Source of the DNA: Promethearchaeota archaeon
GTDB lineage: Archaea; Asgardarchaeota; Lokiarchaeia; Sigyniarchaeales; SOKP01
NCBI GenBank assembly: GCA_030603385.1
Contig: JAUVXW010000001.1
Span: 96,001-160,000 of the forward strand
DNA length: 64,000 nucleotides
Direction: 5' to 3'
Shown here: positions 30,638 through 39,533 of the stretch, one piece after another
Layout of the letters: each line of letters starts with the position of its first letter
Numbering within the stretch: the stretch's first letter is position 1
Translations under genes and position numbers: made by a program
The notes under the pieces: model-generated
The model's database searches: none
What the model was told of the DNA's origin: nothing
Seen by the model: the letters and a program-made list of their open reading frames with translations, nothing else

Positions 30638-30887
30638 TTTGTCTCACTTTTTAAATATTTTTAAAGTTTTATTATCGGTGTTTTATGACTCTAAATTAGT
30701 AAAAGAACTTTATTATAAAGTTACCCAATAATGCCTAATTTCGTTGTCATTAATAGTACATCAAGTGATAATTTTGAGTCTAGGCCCTTAAAACACACGA
30801 AAAAACAATTTTTAAAAAAGGTATAGATACATTAAAGTAATCAAAGAAACTTAATTACCAAATAATCACTTTAAAACTTTGATGTAA

Positions 30888-32570
30888 ATGACTGAATTAG
30901 TTGATAAATTATTTGATCAAGATTGGAATTATGTAAATCGCCAAAAGATAATTAAAAGATTGCAAGAAACTCATTACGATATTATCGTAATTGGTGCAGG
31001 TATTACAGGAGCGGGTGTTGCAAGAGAAGCTTCTATGAGAGAGTTAAAAGTTGCAGTTGTAGATAAACAAGATTTTGCTTCTGGAACCTCATCAAGAAGT
31101 TCAAAACTAGCACATGGAGGTATAAGATATTTAGGACTTGGAGAAATGGATATTGTTCGAGAGTCAACAACAGAAAGAAATTGGATGAGAATACATATCC
31201 CACATTTAGTAAGACCAATACCATTTCTATTTGTTGCATTAGAAGGGGGAAAATATAAGAAGCGAGATATACTTGGTGCTTGTAGAATTTATGATTATTT
31301 AGGTGACGATAAATCTGATTTTAAAAATTATAAAAAACATAAATGGTATTCACCAGAAGAAATTTTTGGCATGGAACCAGAGTTTATTAAAGAAGGAAAC
31401 ATAGGTGGTGCTGTCTATTATGATAATAATGTTGATGATGCTAGGTTAACTATTGAAACACTAAAAGAAGCTATTATTAGAGGTGCAGATGTAGTCAATT
31501 ATTGTAAAATTACCGGATATATCAAAGATAAAGAAAAAATTGTAGGGGTAAAATGTACTGATTTAGAAAATAGATCTGATTTTGAAATAAAGGGGACTTT
31601 GGTGGTAAATGCTACGGGTGTTTGGACGGATGATTTATTGGAAAATTACCCAGAAGATATTCCAAAGCCACTAATTCGCCCTACAAAAGGAGTTCATATA
31701 CAATTTAGAAGAGAGCATATTAAAAATAATATGGCTACAATTATTCGTTCTATTTCTGATGATAGAGCCTTTTTTGTATTACCCCGAAATAAAAAATTTA
31801 CTATAATAGGGACTACTGATACAGATTATAAAGATGATTTGGCAAATCCAATTTGTAATAAAGAAGATGCTGATTACTTAATAAATTCAGTAAAACATTA
31901 TTTTCCCAATGCTGAATTAGATTATGATAACATTTTATCAACTTATGCTGGCATCAGACCTTTAGTTATGCAAAAAGGTAAATCTGAGAGCGAAATCTCC
32001 CGAAAACATATTATATTTTTCTCGAATGATGGTTTGTTAACAATAACAGGTGGAAAGTTGACTGCATTCAGAAGTATGGCTGAGGATATATTCAAAGAAA
32101 TTGAAGTAAAAGAGATATTTCCTAATATTAGAAGGCAGGAGAATTTTTCAAAACAAAAATATATAATTAGCCTAGACAAACAAGAATGGTTTAAAATCTT
32201 GAGAAATTCAGGTATTCAATTAGAGAAAGATATAGCTGACCATATTTATCAACAATATGGAAAAGGAGCTTTAAAGATTCTTGAAATTATTAGAGATAGT
32301 GAATCTCTTAAAGAAAAAATTTTTAAAGATAATGACTTTGTTAAGGCAGAAATAATTTATTGTCTGAGATATGAAATGACACAGCATTTAATTGATCTGT
32401 TTTGCCGTCGAACAGAGATGTCTCTCTGGATTAGTCATAAAAATGCAATTAAAGCTGCTACAATAGTTGCTGACATCATGGCAACAGAATATAATTGGAA
32501 TGAAGATAAGAAAAAGCAAGAAATAAATGCTTACATTGAGTATGTTAAAAAAACAGTTTCCTTTATCTAA
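30888..32570 (+). CDS. glpD: FAD-dependent glycerol-3-phosphate dehydrogenase/oxidase
   Basis: IGAGITGAGVA, DFASGTSSRSSKLAHGGIRYL, DDARL, IGTTDT, YAGIRPL, ITGGKLTAFR, RRT. Confidence 0.9.
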   Translation: MTELVDKLFDQDWNYVNRQKIIKRLQETHYDIIVIGAGITGAGVAREASMRELKVAVVDKQDFASGTSSRSSKLAHGGIRYLGLGEMDIVRESTTERNWMRIHIPHLVRPIPFLFVALEGGKYKKRDILGACRIYDYLGDDKSDFKNYKKHKWYSPEEIFGMEPEFIKEGNIGGAVYYDNNVDDARLTIETLKEAIIRGADVVNYCKITGYIKDKEKIVGVKCTDLENRSDFEIKGTLVVNATGVWTDDLLENYPEDIPKPLIRPTKGVHIQFRREHIKNNMATIIRSISDDRAFFVLPRNKKFTIIGTTDTDYKDDLANPICNKEDADYLINSVKHYFPNAELDYDNILSTYAGIRPLVMQKGKSESEISRKHIIFFSNDGLLTITGGKLTAFRSMAEDIFKEIEVKEIFPNIRRQENFSKQKYIISLDKQEWFKILRNSGIQLEKDIADHIYQQYGKGALKILEIIRDSESLKEKIFKDNDFVKAEIIYCLRYEMTQHLIDLFCRRTEMSLWISHKNAIKAATIVADIMATEYNWNEDKKKQEINAYIEYVKKTVSFI

Positions 32571-32682
32571 ATATTTACTTTCTTATTTTTTTTGAAATAT
32601 TGGACTATATATTTTTAATAAATATTGTTTTATATATTCAATATAATAATATATCCAAAATTAAATTATAGCGTGATATTAA

Positions 32683-33342
32683 TTGATCTTTGCTTGGGAT
32701 TTTAAAGATAACCTTTTGATACCCCTAGGTAAATTAGGTGGATTCTTCATGTTACTTTTAGGAATTATATGGGTACTTTATGCTGTGTATGAAACGAAAA
32801 GAAGAAAATCATTCAAAAAGAGGAAAACAGAAACCTGGGACTTCGATATCACAAAATTCTTGAAAGGATTGACCTATATAGGATTTATCGTTGGTTTACT
32901 ATGCATAATTTCGGGAGTTTCTGGATTAATGTTTGATATTCCTCCAAGTGTAGCATATGCAGATGGTCGTAATCTTTTTACTTCTATTTTATTAATTGTA
33001 TTTGGAATTTTAACATTTGTAAAACCTGCGAATGATCTCCCTCTTGCTAGTATTGTTGGGATGCTAGCAGCTACTTTAGTAGTAGTTTTACTGGCTTTAC
33101 TCATACCACAAACTGTGGTTGATTTAATTGCGGTGTTTATAAACCCTAAAATTTTATTAGCAATTATATTTATTATTATTTTCGCACTTATTGCTCTCAC
33201 TGCAAAATTCTATACTGCAGGTTTTATGGCGGTTTCTAAAGCAATTTCATGGCCACCTTTAGCAGTCATATTTGCCCTTTTTTGCCTGGTTCAAGGATTT
33301 TTATTAGTAGTAATAGGGGTCTCAATCTCAGGGCCATTCTAA
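32683..33342 (+). CDS. Multi-pass membrane protein of unknown function
   Basis: About 6 hydrophobic segments; GCGTGA SD-like element before TTG. Confidence 0.75.
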   Translation: MIFAWDFKDNLLIPLGKLGGFFMLLLGIIWVLYAVYETKRRKSFKKRKTETWDFDITKFLKGLTYIGFIVGLLCIISGVSGLMFDIPPSVAYADGRNLFTSILLIVFGILTFVKPANDLPLASIVGMLAATLVVVLLALLIPQTVVDLIAVFINPKILLAIIFIIIFALIALTAKFYTAGFMAVSKAISWPPLAVIFALFCLVQGFLLVVIGVSISGPF

Positions 33343-33371
33343 TAAAATTTTTTTTTAATTTTTTTACTTTT

Positions 33372-34484
33372 TTAAGAAAAGCTAAATTTATGAGAAGGAT
33401 TTTTATTAATTTCTCCAATAATATCATGATTTAGTTCATAGGCACATTTTGGGCATTTTTTTTCATTAGTAACATCTATTTTCTTAAAACTATATCCTCT
33501 TCTCTCAAATAATAAATACCCACAATTTGGGCAATATGTATTACTCCCCTGCTCATGGTTTATATTACCTACATAGGGAAAATATAATCCCACATCCTTT
33601 GCAATTTTGTATGCCAAATCCAAAGTTTCATAGGGTGTTCTTTTTTTAGAAGGAGCTTTAAAATCAGGATGATAAGCAGAAAAATGCATAGGAGTATCTT
33701 TTCCTAAATTATCTACAATCCATTTACATAATTTCAAAATATCTTCTTTACTATCATTTAGATCAGGGATAATTAAATTTGTAATCTCAACATGCATACC
33801 ATTATTTTTAAAATATTTTGCTGTGTCTAAAACAGGTTTAACAGATTTGACTCCACATATTTTTTTATAGAAATCATCTGACATTGCTTTAATATCGATA
33901 TTAGCGGCATCAATTCCTACATCTATTAGTTCTTTAGAAGCTTCTGGAGTTGAGTATCCATTAGTTACTAAAACTATTTTAATATTTTTCTCTTTAAGTA
34001 ATTTTGCTGTATCTAATATCCATTCATGCCAAATTAAGGGCTCATTGTATGTATATGCTAAAGTTTTTGCTCCACTTTTAACAACTTTTTTAACTAACTG
34101 GTCAGGTGTCATTTCCACCAATGACATTTCTCGTCCCTGATAACCCTCAAGATCATAAAATCCGTTTTTTCCATTATCTGTTGGACTAGCTTGAGATATA
34201 GACCAATTTTGACAATTTTGACACTTAAAAGAGCATCCTATTGATGCTATTGAGTAAGCTGTGGCACCCGGCCAGAAATTATAGAGTGGTTTTTTTTCAA
34301 TAGGATCTAGACTTCCAGTAGAAATATGGGACCCATAAATTAAGGTGAATATTTCTCCATCAAAATTCTTTCTCGTTCGACATATACCCACTTTTCCAGG
34401 TAAAATAATACATTCATTTGCACAAACATGACATTGAGCTTTATTGTTATCTAAGCTATCCCATAACCTTGCTTTTACCTTCAA
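33372..34484 (-). CDS. amrS: AmmeMemoRadiSam-system radical SAM enzyme (PflA-like)
   Basis: CHVCANEC...GIC, DPIEKKPLYNF.PG, GCSFKCQNCQNW (CxxxCxxC), YTYNEP, YVGN, TYCPNCG. Confidence 0.88.
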   Translation of the reverse strand: MKVKARLWDSLDNNKAQCHVCANECIILPGKVGICRTRKNFDGEIFTLIYGSHISTGSLDPIEKKPLYNFWPGATAYSIASIGCSFKCQNCQNWSISQASPTDNGKNGFYDLEGYQGREMSLVEMTPDQLVKKVVKSGAKTLAYTYNEPLIWHEWILDTAKLLKEKNIKIVLVTNGYSTPEASKELIDVGIDAANIDIKAMSDDFYKKICGVKSVKPVLDTAKYFKNNGMHVEITNLIIPDLNDSKEDILKLCKWIVDNLGKDTPMHFSAYHPDFKAPSKKRTPYETLDLAYKIAKDVGLYFPYVGNINHEQGSNTYCPNCGYLLFERRGYSFKKIDVTNEKKCPKCAYELNHDIIGEINKNPSHKFSFS

Positions 34485-34607
34485 AATTATTCACCTATTA
34501 TTTGTGATTTTTATTGAGAACTTTCTCTAAATATATAATAGATAAGAAATCTTATATTTCTTATAGATTTAGGTTATAATTTTCGAACCGAAAAGTAGAT
34601 AGTAAAA

Positions 34608-35042
34608 ATGTCAAGAATAGAAAAAGCAGTCTCTTCCTTTAAGGGAGATTTTAATTGTGCTCAATCCATATTAAGTACATATGCTATTCAATATGGATTA
34701 AATCGAGATACAGCACTAAAATTAGCAACAGGTTTTGGTGGTGGGATGGCACGTTTAGGGAGAACATGTGGTGCAGTGTCTGCAGGTTTTATGGTTATTG
34801 GTCTAAAATATGGTATGGGAATAAAGGAGGATATAGACGTGAAAGAAAAGACATATCAGCTTATACGAGAATTTTCTGATCAATTTCAAGGAATTTATGG
34901 ATCTTCAACTTGTAAGGAATTATTAGGCTGTGATATTAATACGCTTGAAGGTAAAAATTATTACTCTCAAAATGATTTTTTTGATAGAAAATGCCTCAAA
35001 TATGTAAAGACCGCAGCAGAAATTTTAGAAAAAATATTATAA
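34608..35042 (+). CDS. C_GCAxxG_C_C family putative redox protein
   Basis: FNCAQS, GFGGGM, TCGAVSAG, GS.TCKEL, C..YV. Confidence 0.92.
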   Translation: MSRIEKAVSSFKGDFNCAQSILSTYAIQYGLNRDTALKLATGFGGGMARLGRTCGAVSAGFMVIGLKYGMGIKEDIDVKEKTYQLIREFSDQFQGIYGSSTCKELLGCDINTLEGKNYYSQNDFFDRKCLKYVKTAAEILEKIL

Positions 35043-35068
35043 AGGAAATAAAATTCATATGAAATTTT

Positions 35069-35986
35069 ATGACAAATAATGAAGCAGAGCTCAATGAAGA
35101 GGAATTACAACGTTTATTAAATAAAAAGCAGAAAAATTTAGAAGAATTAGAAAAAATTAGTAAAAATTCAAACTATATTAAAGAATTAAGTGATATTGCT
35201 TTAATTCAACTACAATTAGAACAATATACTGACTCTGAGAAAAATTATTTAATTTGTTTAAAACATTTTGAAAAGCAAAAAGATAAGTTAGGGCAAGCTT
35301 CCGTTTATGGAATATTTGGAACCTTATTTTTTAAAAAAAGTGAGTATTCAAAGTCTATCGAATATTATGAAAAAGCATATAAAATATATGAGGATTTAAT
35401 GCAAAATCAAGAAAAAATCACCTGTTTAAAAGGAATTGGGAATAGTTTGATAAAATTAAACAAATTGGATGAAGCATGTGATATATTTCTGGATTGTAGC
35501 ACTATTTGTTCTGACAATAATGATATCTACAATTTATTAGATTGCCTAGGAAATTTAATTAATATTTATGAAACAAACGAAAAATGGGATGTAATTTTTG
35601 AACTATATAAAAAAACACTAGATGCTTTTAAAGAAATAAATGACTCTAAAGGTATAATTACCTCCTATTATAACTTGGGAATTCTTGAAAAGAAAAATGA
35701 TAATATGGGAGAAGCCGTACGATACTTTAAGAAAGGTACTAATATAGCAATTGATGCTAACTATGTTGAGTTAATTATTAAAGGTTTAAGCTATGTTGGG
35801 GAGACTTTGTTTTATTTAGGAGAAATTAAAGGAGCTAAAAATCAATTTATAAAAGCTTTACATTTAGCAAATAAAATTAACGCGGAAAATGCTAAACTTC
35901 AATTAAGTGTCTTGCTCCAATCACTTGGTTTACAAGATAAACAAATTATAGACGAATTAAGGATGTATAAAGAAAGCATGAAATGA
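35069..35986 (+). CDS. Tetratricopeptide-repeat protein
   Basis: Repeated about 40 aa helical units (G.L....EY.KS..YY.KA; NLG.L......AV.YF). Confidence 0.85.
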   Translation: MTNNEAELNEEELQRLLNKKQKNLEELEKISKNSNYIKELSDIALIQLQLEQYTDSEKNYLICLKHFEKQKDKLGQASVYGIFGTLFFKKSEYSKSIEYYEKAYKIYEDLMQNQEKITCLKGIGNSLIKLNKLDEACDIFLDCSTICSDNNDIYNLLDCLGNLINIYETNEKWDVIFELYKKTLDAFKEINDSKGIITSYYNLGILEKKNDNMGEAVRYFKKGTNIAIDANYVELIIKGLSYVGETLFYLGEIKGAKNQFIKALHLANKINAENAKLQLSVLLQSLGLQDKQIIDELRMYKESMK

Positions 35987-35990
35987 AATT

Positions 35991-36761
35991 TCATGAAAAC
36001 TTTGAAAAATCTGGTTTTCTTTTTTCAAAAAATGCTTTAAAAGCTTCTTGAGCTTCAGGAGATATCTGTCTTCTTACAAATTCGGCTCCTTCTTCTGGCA
36101 TTAATTTTTCAAGAACTCCATTGTAATACTTTTTGATGTATGCTTTTGTTTGTCGTAAAGCCTCTGGGGGTTTTTCAGCTAACTTTTCTGCTAAAAGAGT
36201 TACTTCTTTAATTAACTCATTTTCTGGAAAGATTTTATTTACAATTCCAATCTTACTAGCTTCTTCAGCACTAAACCAATCTCCAAAAAAGAATAGCTCA
36301 TTAGCACGTTGGCGTCCTATTAATTCTGGTAAATTAAAGGTACTTCCAAACTCTGGAATTAATCCTAAATTAACAAACGGAAATTGGAATCTACATCCCT
36401 TAGCAGCATAGATTAAATCAAAGTGTAGTAACATAGTAACCCCGACACCGATTGCATATCCGTGGACAGCTGCTATTATAGGTTTTTTAGCTGTCAAAAT
36501 CCATTCTGTCCAACTCCTTGATGGTCTAGTGCCCGATGACCACTCAAGATCTTGGAAATCTTTTAAATCATTCCCAGCACAAAAACATTTTCCATTACCG
36601 TAAATTAAAATGACTTTGATACTTGGATCTTTTTCTGCCATCTCAATTCCTTCAGCAATTCCGACATACATAACTCTTGTAAGAGCATTCCTTTTCTCCT
36701 CCCTGTTAAAAATAATATGAAGTACCCCATTTTCGGGTTTAAATATAATTTGATCATTCAT
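35991..36761 (-). CDS. Enoyl-CoA hydratase/isomerase (crotonase; ECI2-like single Glu)
   Basis: NR.EKRNAL, FCAGNDL, KPIIAAVHGYAIGVG, LGLIPEFG. Confidence 0.9.
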   Translation of the reverse strand: MNDQIIFKPENGVLHIIFNREEKRNALTRVMYVGIAEGIEMAEKDPSIKVILIYGNGKCFCAGNDLKDFQDLEWSSGTRPSRSWTEWILTAKKPIIAAVHGYAIGVGVTMLLHFDLIYAAKGCRFQFPFVNLGLIPEFGSTFNLPELIGRQRANELFFFGDWFSAEEASKIGIVNKIFPENELIKEVTLLAEKLAEKPPEALRQTKAYIKKYYNGVLEKLMPEEGAEFVRRQISPEAQEAFKAFFEKRKPDFSKFS

Positions 36762-36936
36762 TTTATCACACACAATTTGAGAAGTTCTTAATAAAATAGT
36801 TAATATCCCATCATTTTAAAGAAGAAAGATTTTACAAAATTAAGTTAAAAAACAAGATATCTTCTTAAAACCCTTATTCAAATTAGAATTTTAAGAATCC
36901 TATAAGGATTTTATTAGACCCTGTTATTTCTAAAAC

Positions 36937-37089
36937 TTATTTATTATAATTATCATAATCTTGTTTCTCTGTCTTTCTCAAAGAATCTTTTGCCCCACAT
37001 TTATCACAGTAATCATGTTTAGTATGCGCAAATTCTCCACATTTATTACAAATATAAGGGTACGTTTTTTTGAAAAGTTTCCTATCCAA
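36937..37089 (-). CDS. 50-aa zinc-ribbon microprotein (not in ORF track)
   Basis: TTG 37089 gives MDRKLFKKTYPYICNKCGEFAHTKHDYCDKCGAKDSLRKTEKQDYDNYNK*; CxxCG-x9-CxxCG; AGTGA SD-like element upstream. Confidence 0.75.
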   Translation of the reverse strand: MDRKLFKKTYPYICNKCGEFAHTKHDYCDKCGAKDSLRKTEKQDYDNYNK

Positions 37090-37407
37090 AATTGTTTCAC
37101 TTTTTTTTGCTTTTTCTTGATAAAAGAAGTGGTCGGTAAAAAGTTTTTGTATAGTTTTTCTTTTCTTTCAAGACATATAGAAATTTATAAATCAATGTAG
37201 ATGTTTTTTAACAATAATCTCTATTAACTTTTTGGGAAGAAATTACTTGAGTTGAGATTCATTCAATAAAATTGATTGTATAGGGAGTTTGACTTTCTAT
37301 TTTAGACAAGCATCTTAATGAAATTTTATTTAATTAATTATAAATAAGCTAATTTTTATTTTTTAATAAAAGGATTTCAGTTATAAACATATTAAATTTT
37401 TATATCT

Positions 37408-38832
37408 ATGAAGGTCTGCCCTTACTGTAAACAATCAATTGAAGATGATTATCCATACTGCCCAAATTGTAATAAACCTTTAATTTCAAATCTAGGGAAG
37501 GTAGTAAATCGGAATTTAAGATCTGGATTCGGTGAACCTGAGTTTTTTCCTCCTGATATGGAAGAAGAAGATGATTATTATGAAGATACAATAATAAAAG
37601 ACGAAAAAATTGAACATGAAATACAAAAAATTGATGAAGTGTTAGAGAGAAAAGAAATATTAGGAGATCCAATACCAGGTTCATTATTACTAGAAAAATC
37701 AAGCTTGTATTATAAGAAGAGAGATTTACCTAATGCTATAAAAAATCTTGAATTGGCATTAAGAAATTTTGAAAAGGAAGATGATTTATTTAATGTGGCA
37801 ACATGCCATAATGAAATTGGGCTCATTCAAGAGGATATTGGATTTTTTGACCAAGCAATCTATCACTTTAATAGGTCTCTTGAAATTCTTAAAGAAGTAA
37901 ATGATAATCAAAAATTAATCAAGGTTTTAAACAATCTAGGAAATATATATTATTCGATCAAAGATTTAGAACAATCCTATAAATATTATCAAGAGGCTCT
38001 TGATTTATCTAAACGAGAGAAGTTAATGTATGAGGAAGTAAAAACATCCAGCAATTTGGTTGAAGTTCTTTACTTACTGAAAGAGTATGAGAGGATTAAA
38101 CGAATTCTAGCAAGAAATTCAGAATTTTTCAAGCAAAATGAAGATGCATATGGGATGATTCAAGTCCATATAAAATATGGAAAATTGCATTACTTAATAG
38201 GCGAAGATTACGATCAAGTAAATGAGAGGTTAAATAATGCATTACAACTAATAGATAGAGTAAGTGAAAATCTGTCTGTTTATATGAGAGCAAAATTGGA
38301 ATGGGAATGTTTTCTTTATCTTGGAAAATTATATTTATTGTGGGATAATCTAGTAGATGGTGAAAGCAATTTTTTGAAAAGTCTTGAAGCGGTCCGTATT
38401 TTCGAAATTGGGGAAAGTATTAATCAGGGAGATATATTAGAAAGCTTAGCTGAGTTATACACAATAAAAGGAGAAAAGGACAAAACAATAGAATATTATA
38501 TTTTATCTTGCGAAATTTACCATAAATTCGGAGATAATAAGAAATGTGCTCAAATTAAATTTAAAATTGGTAAAATGTATTTAGAATATGAAAAGGATAA
38601 ATCAAATTCGATAAAATATTTTGAAGAAGCGTTAGATCTTTATGAGGATCTACAATATATAAAAGAAGCCGCTGAAGTTCTCCATAAACTAGGAGATCTC
38701 TATATTGCTATCAGAATGCCTGATATAGCTATAGAAAATTTTGAAAAAGCACGAGATTATTATAAGGAGCTTCTTGATGATTATAATTTTGGTTTAATAG
38801 ACGAAAAAATCAGATCTTTACATAATGTTTAA
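37408..38832 (+). CDS. TPR protein with N-terminal zinc ribbon and acidic linker
   Basis: CPYC...CPNC, DMEEEDDYYED, then multiple TPRs (NNLGNIYY, HKLGDLY). Confidence 0.85.
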   Translation: MKVCPYCKQSIEDDYPYCPNCNKPLISNLGKVVNRNLRSGFGEPEFFPPDMEEEDDYYEDTIIKDEKIEHEIQKIDEVLERKEILGDPIPGSLLLEKSSLYYKKRDLPNAIKNLELALRNFEKEDDLFNVATCHNEIGLIQEDIGFFDQAIYHFNRSLEILKEVNDNQKLIKVLNNLGNIYYSIKDLEQSYKYYQEALDLSKREKLMYEEVKTSSNLVEVLYLLKEYERIKRILARNSEFFKQNEDAYGMIQVHIKYGKLHYLIGEDYDQVNERLNNALQLIDRVSENLSVYMRAKLEWECFLYLGKLYLLWDNLVDGESNFLKSLEAVRIFEIGESINQGDILESLAELYTIKGEKDKTIEYYILSCEIYHKFGDNKKCAQIKFKIGKMYLEYEKDKSNSIKYFEEALDLYEDLQYIKEAAEVLHKLGDLYIAIRMPDIAIENFEKARDYYKELLDDYNFGLIDEKIRSLHNV

Positions 38833-39512
38833 TTATCATCAATTTCAAAATCTTCTTTTTTATAAATTCTTCTCTCATATTCCTCAAATCCAATTCCTTT
38901 AATAAAAGCATATGATACTACATTATCTTTATATACTTCACATCTAAGCTCCTTTACATGAGGATAGTGTTCTTTTAAATGATTCCATGCAGCCATCCCC
39001 AGTATAGTTCCAAAACCCCTCCTTTGAAATCGAGGAATGACTGCTAAGGCAGCAATTACGGCATACTCTTTATTCTCACCCTCAAAATCAAGGAGCACAA
39101 ATGCAGCATCAATACCATATATTTTTCCAATGAAGAATACGGTATCTGAATGTTCAAGAATTGTTAATAAATCAGTTTTAGTAATCGGCCTGAAAGGAGT
39201 ATTACTCGTTAACCAAGCTCGATTATATATATTTTTAAGAGTATCAAGATCTTCTTTCGTTGCCTCTCTAATTTTCCCTTGGATAATATTATGTTCAATT
39301 TTATCTGTTAATTTGACCTCAAATTCTTTAGTAATTTTTTCTACCGGAAGCCTCATCTGAATGTATACCATGCCATCTTGGTAAAGTTCTTCTGTAGTTT
39401 TGTCTACAACTTCTTTTCGTTTCTTCTTAGTTTCTATAGAAAGAAATAATGCCCTAATTCTTTTCTTTTTAAGATTAACTTTTTTTCTAAGCTCCAATTT
39501 AGATCTTGGCAT
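38829..39512 (-). CDS. GNAT acetyltransferase with basic N-terminal extension
   Basis: IREATKEDL, LAVIPRFQRRGFG, N..SYAF...GF. Confidence 0.85.
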   Translation of the reverse strand: MPRSKLELRKKVNLKKKRIRALFLSIETKKKRKEVVDKTTEELYQDGMVYIQMRLPVEKITKEFEVKLTDKIEHNIIQGKIREATKEDLDTLKNIYNRAWLTSNTPFRPITKTDLLTILEHSDTVFFIGKIYGIDAAFVLLDFEGENKEYAVIAALAVIPRFQRRGFGTILGMAAWNHLKEHYPHVKELRCEVYKDNVVSYAFIKGIGFEEYERRIYKKEDFEIDDN

Positions 39513-39533
39513 GATAAAATAGATATTTTAAAA

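Noticed and set aside
30731-30826. 31-codon ATG ORF upstream of glpD (MPNFVVINST...)
   Set aside because: No SD, no motif, and a length expected by chance.
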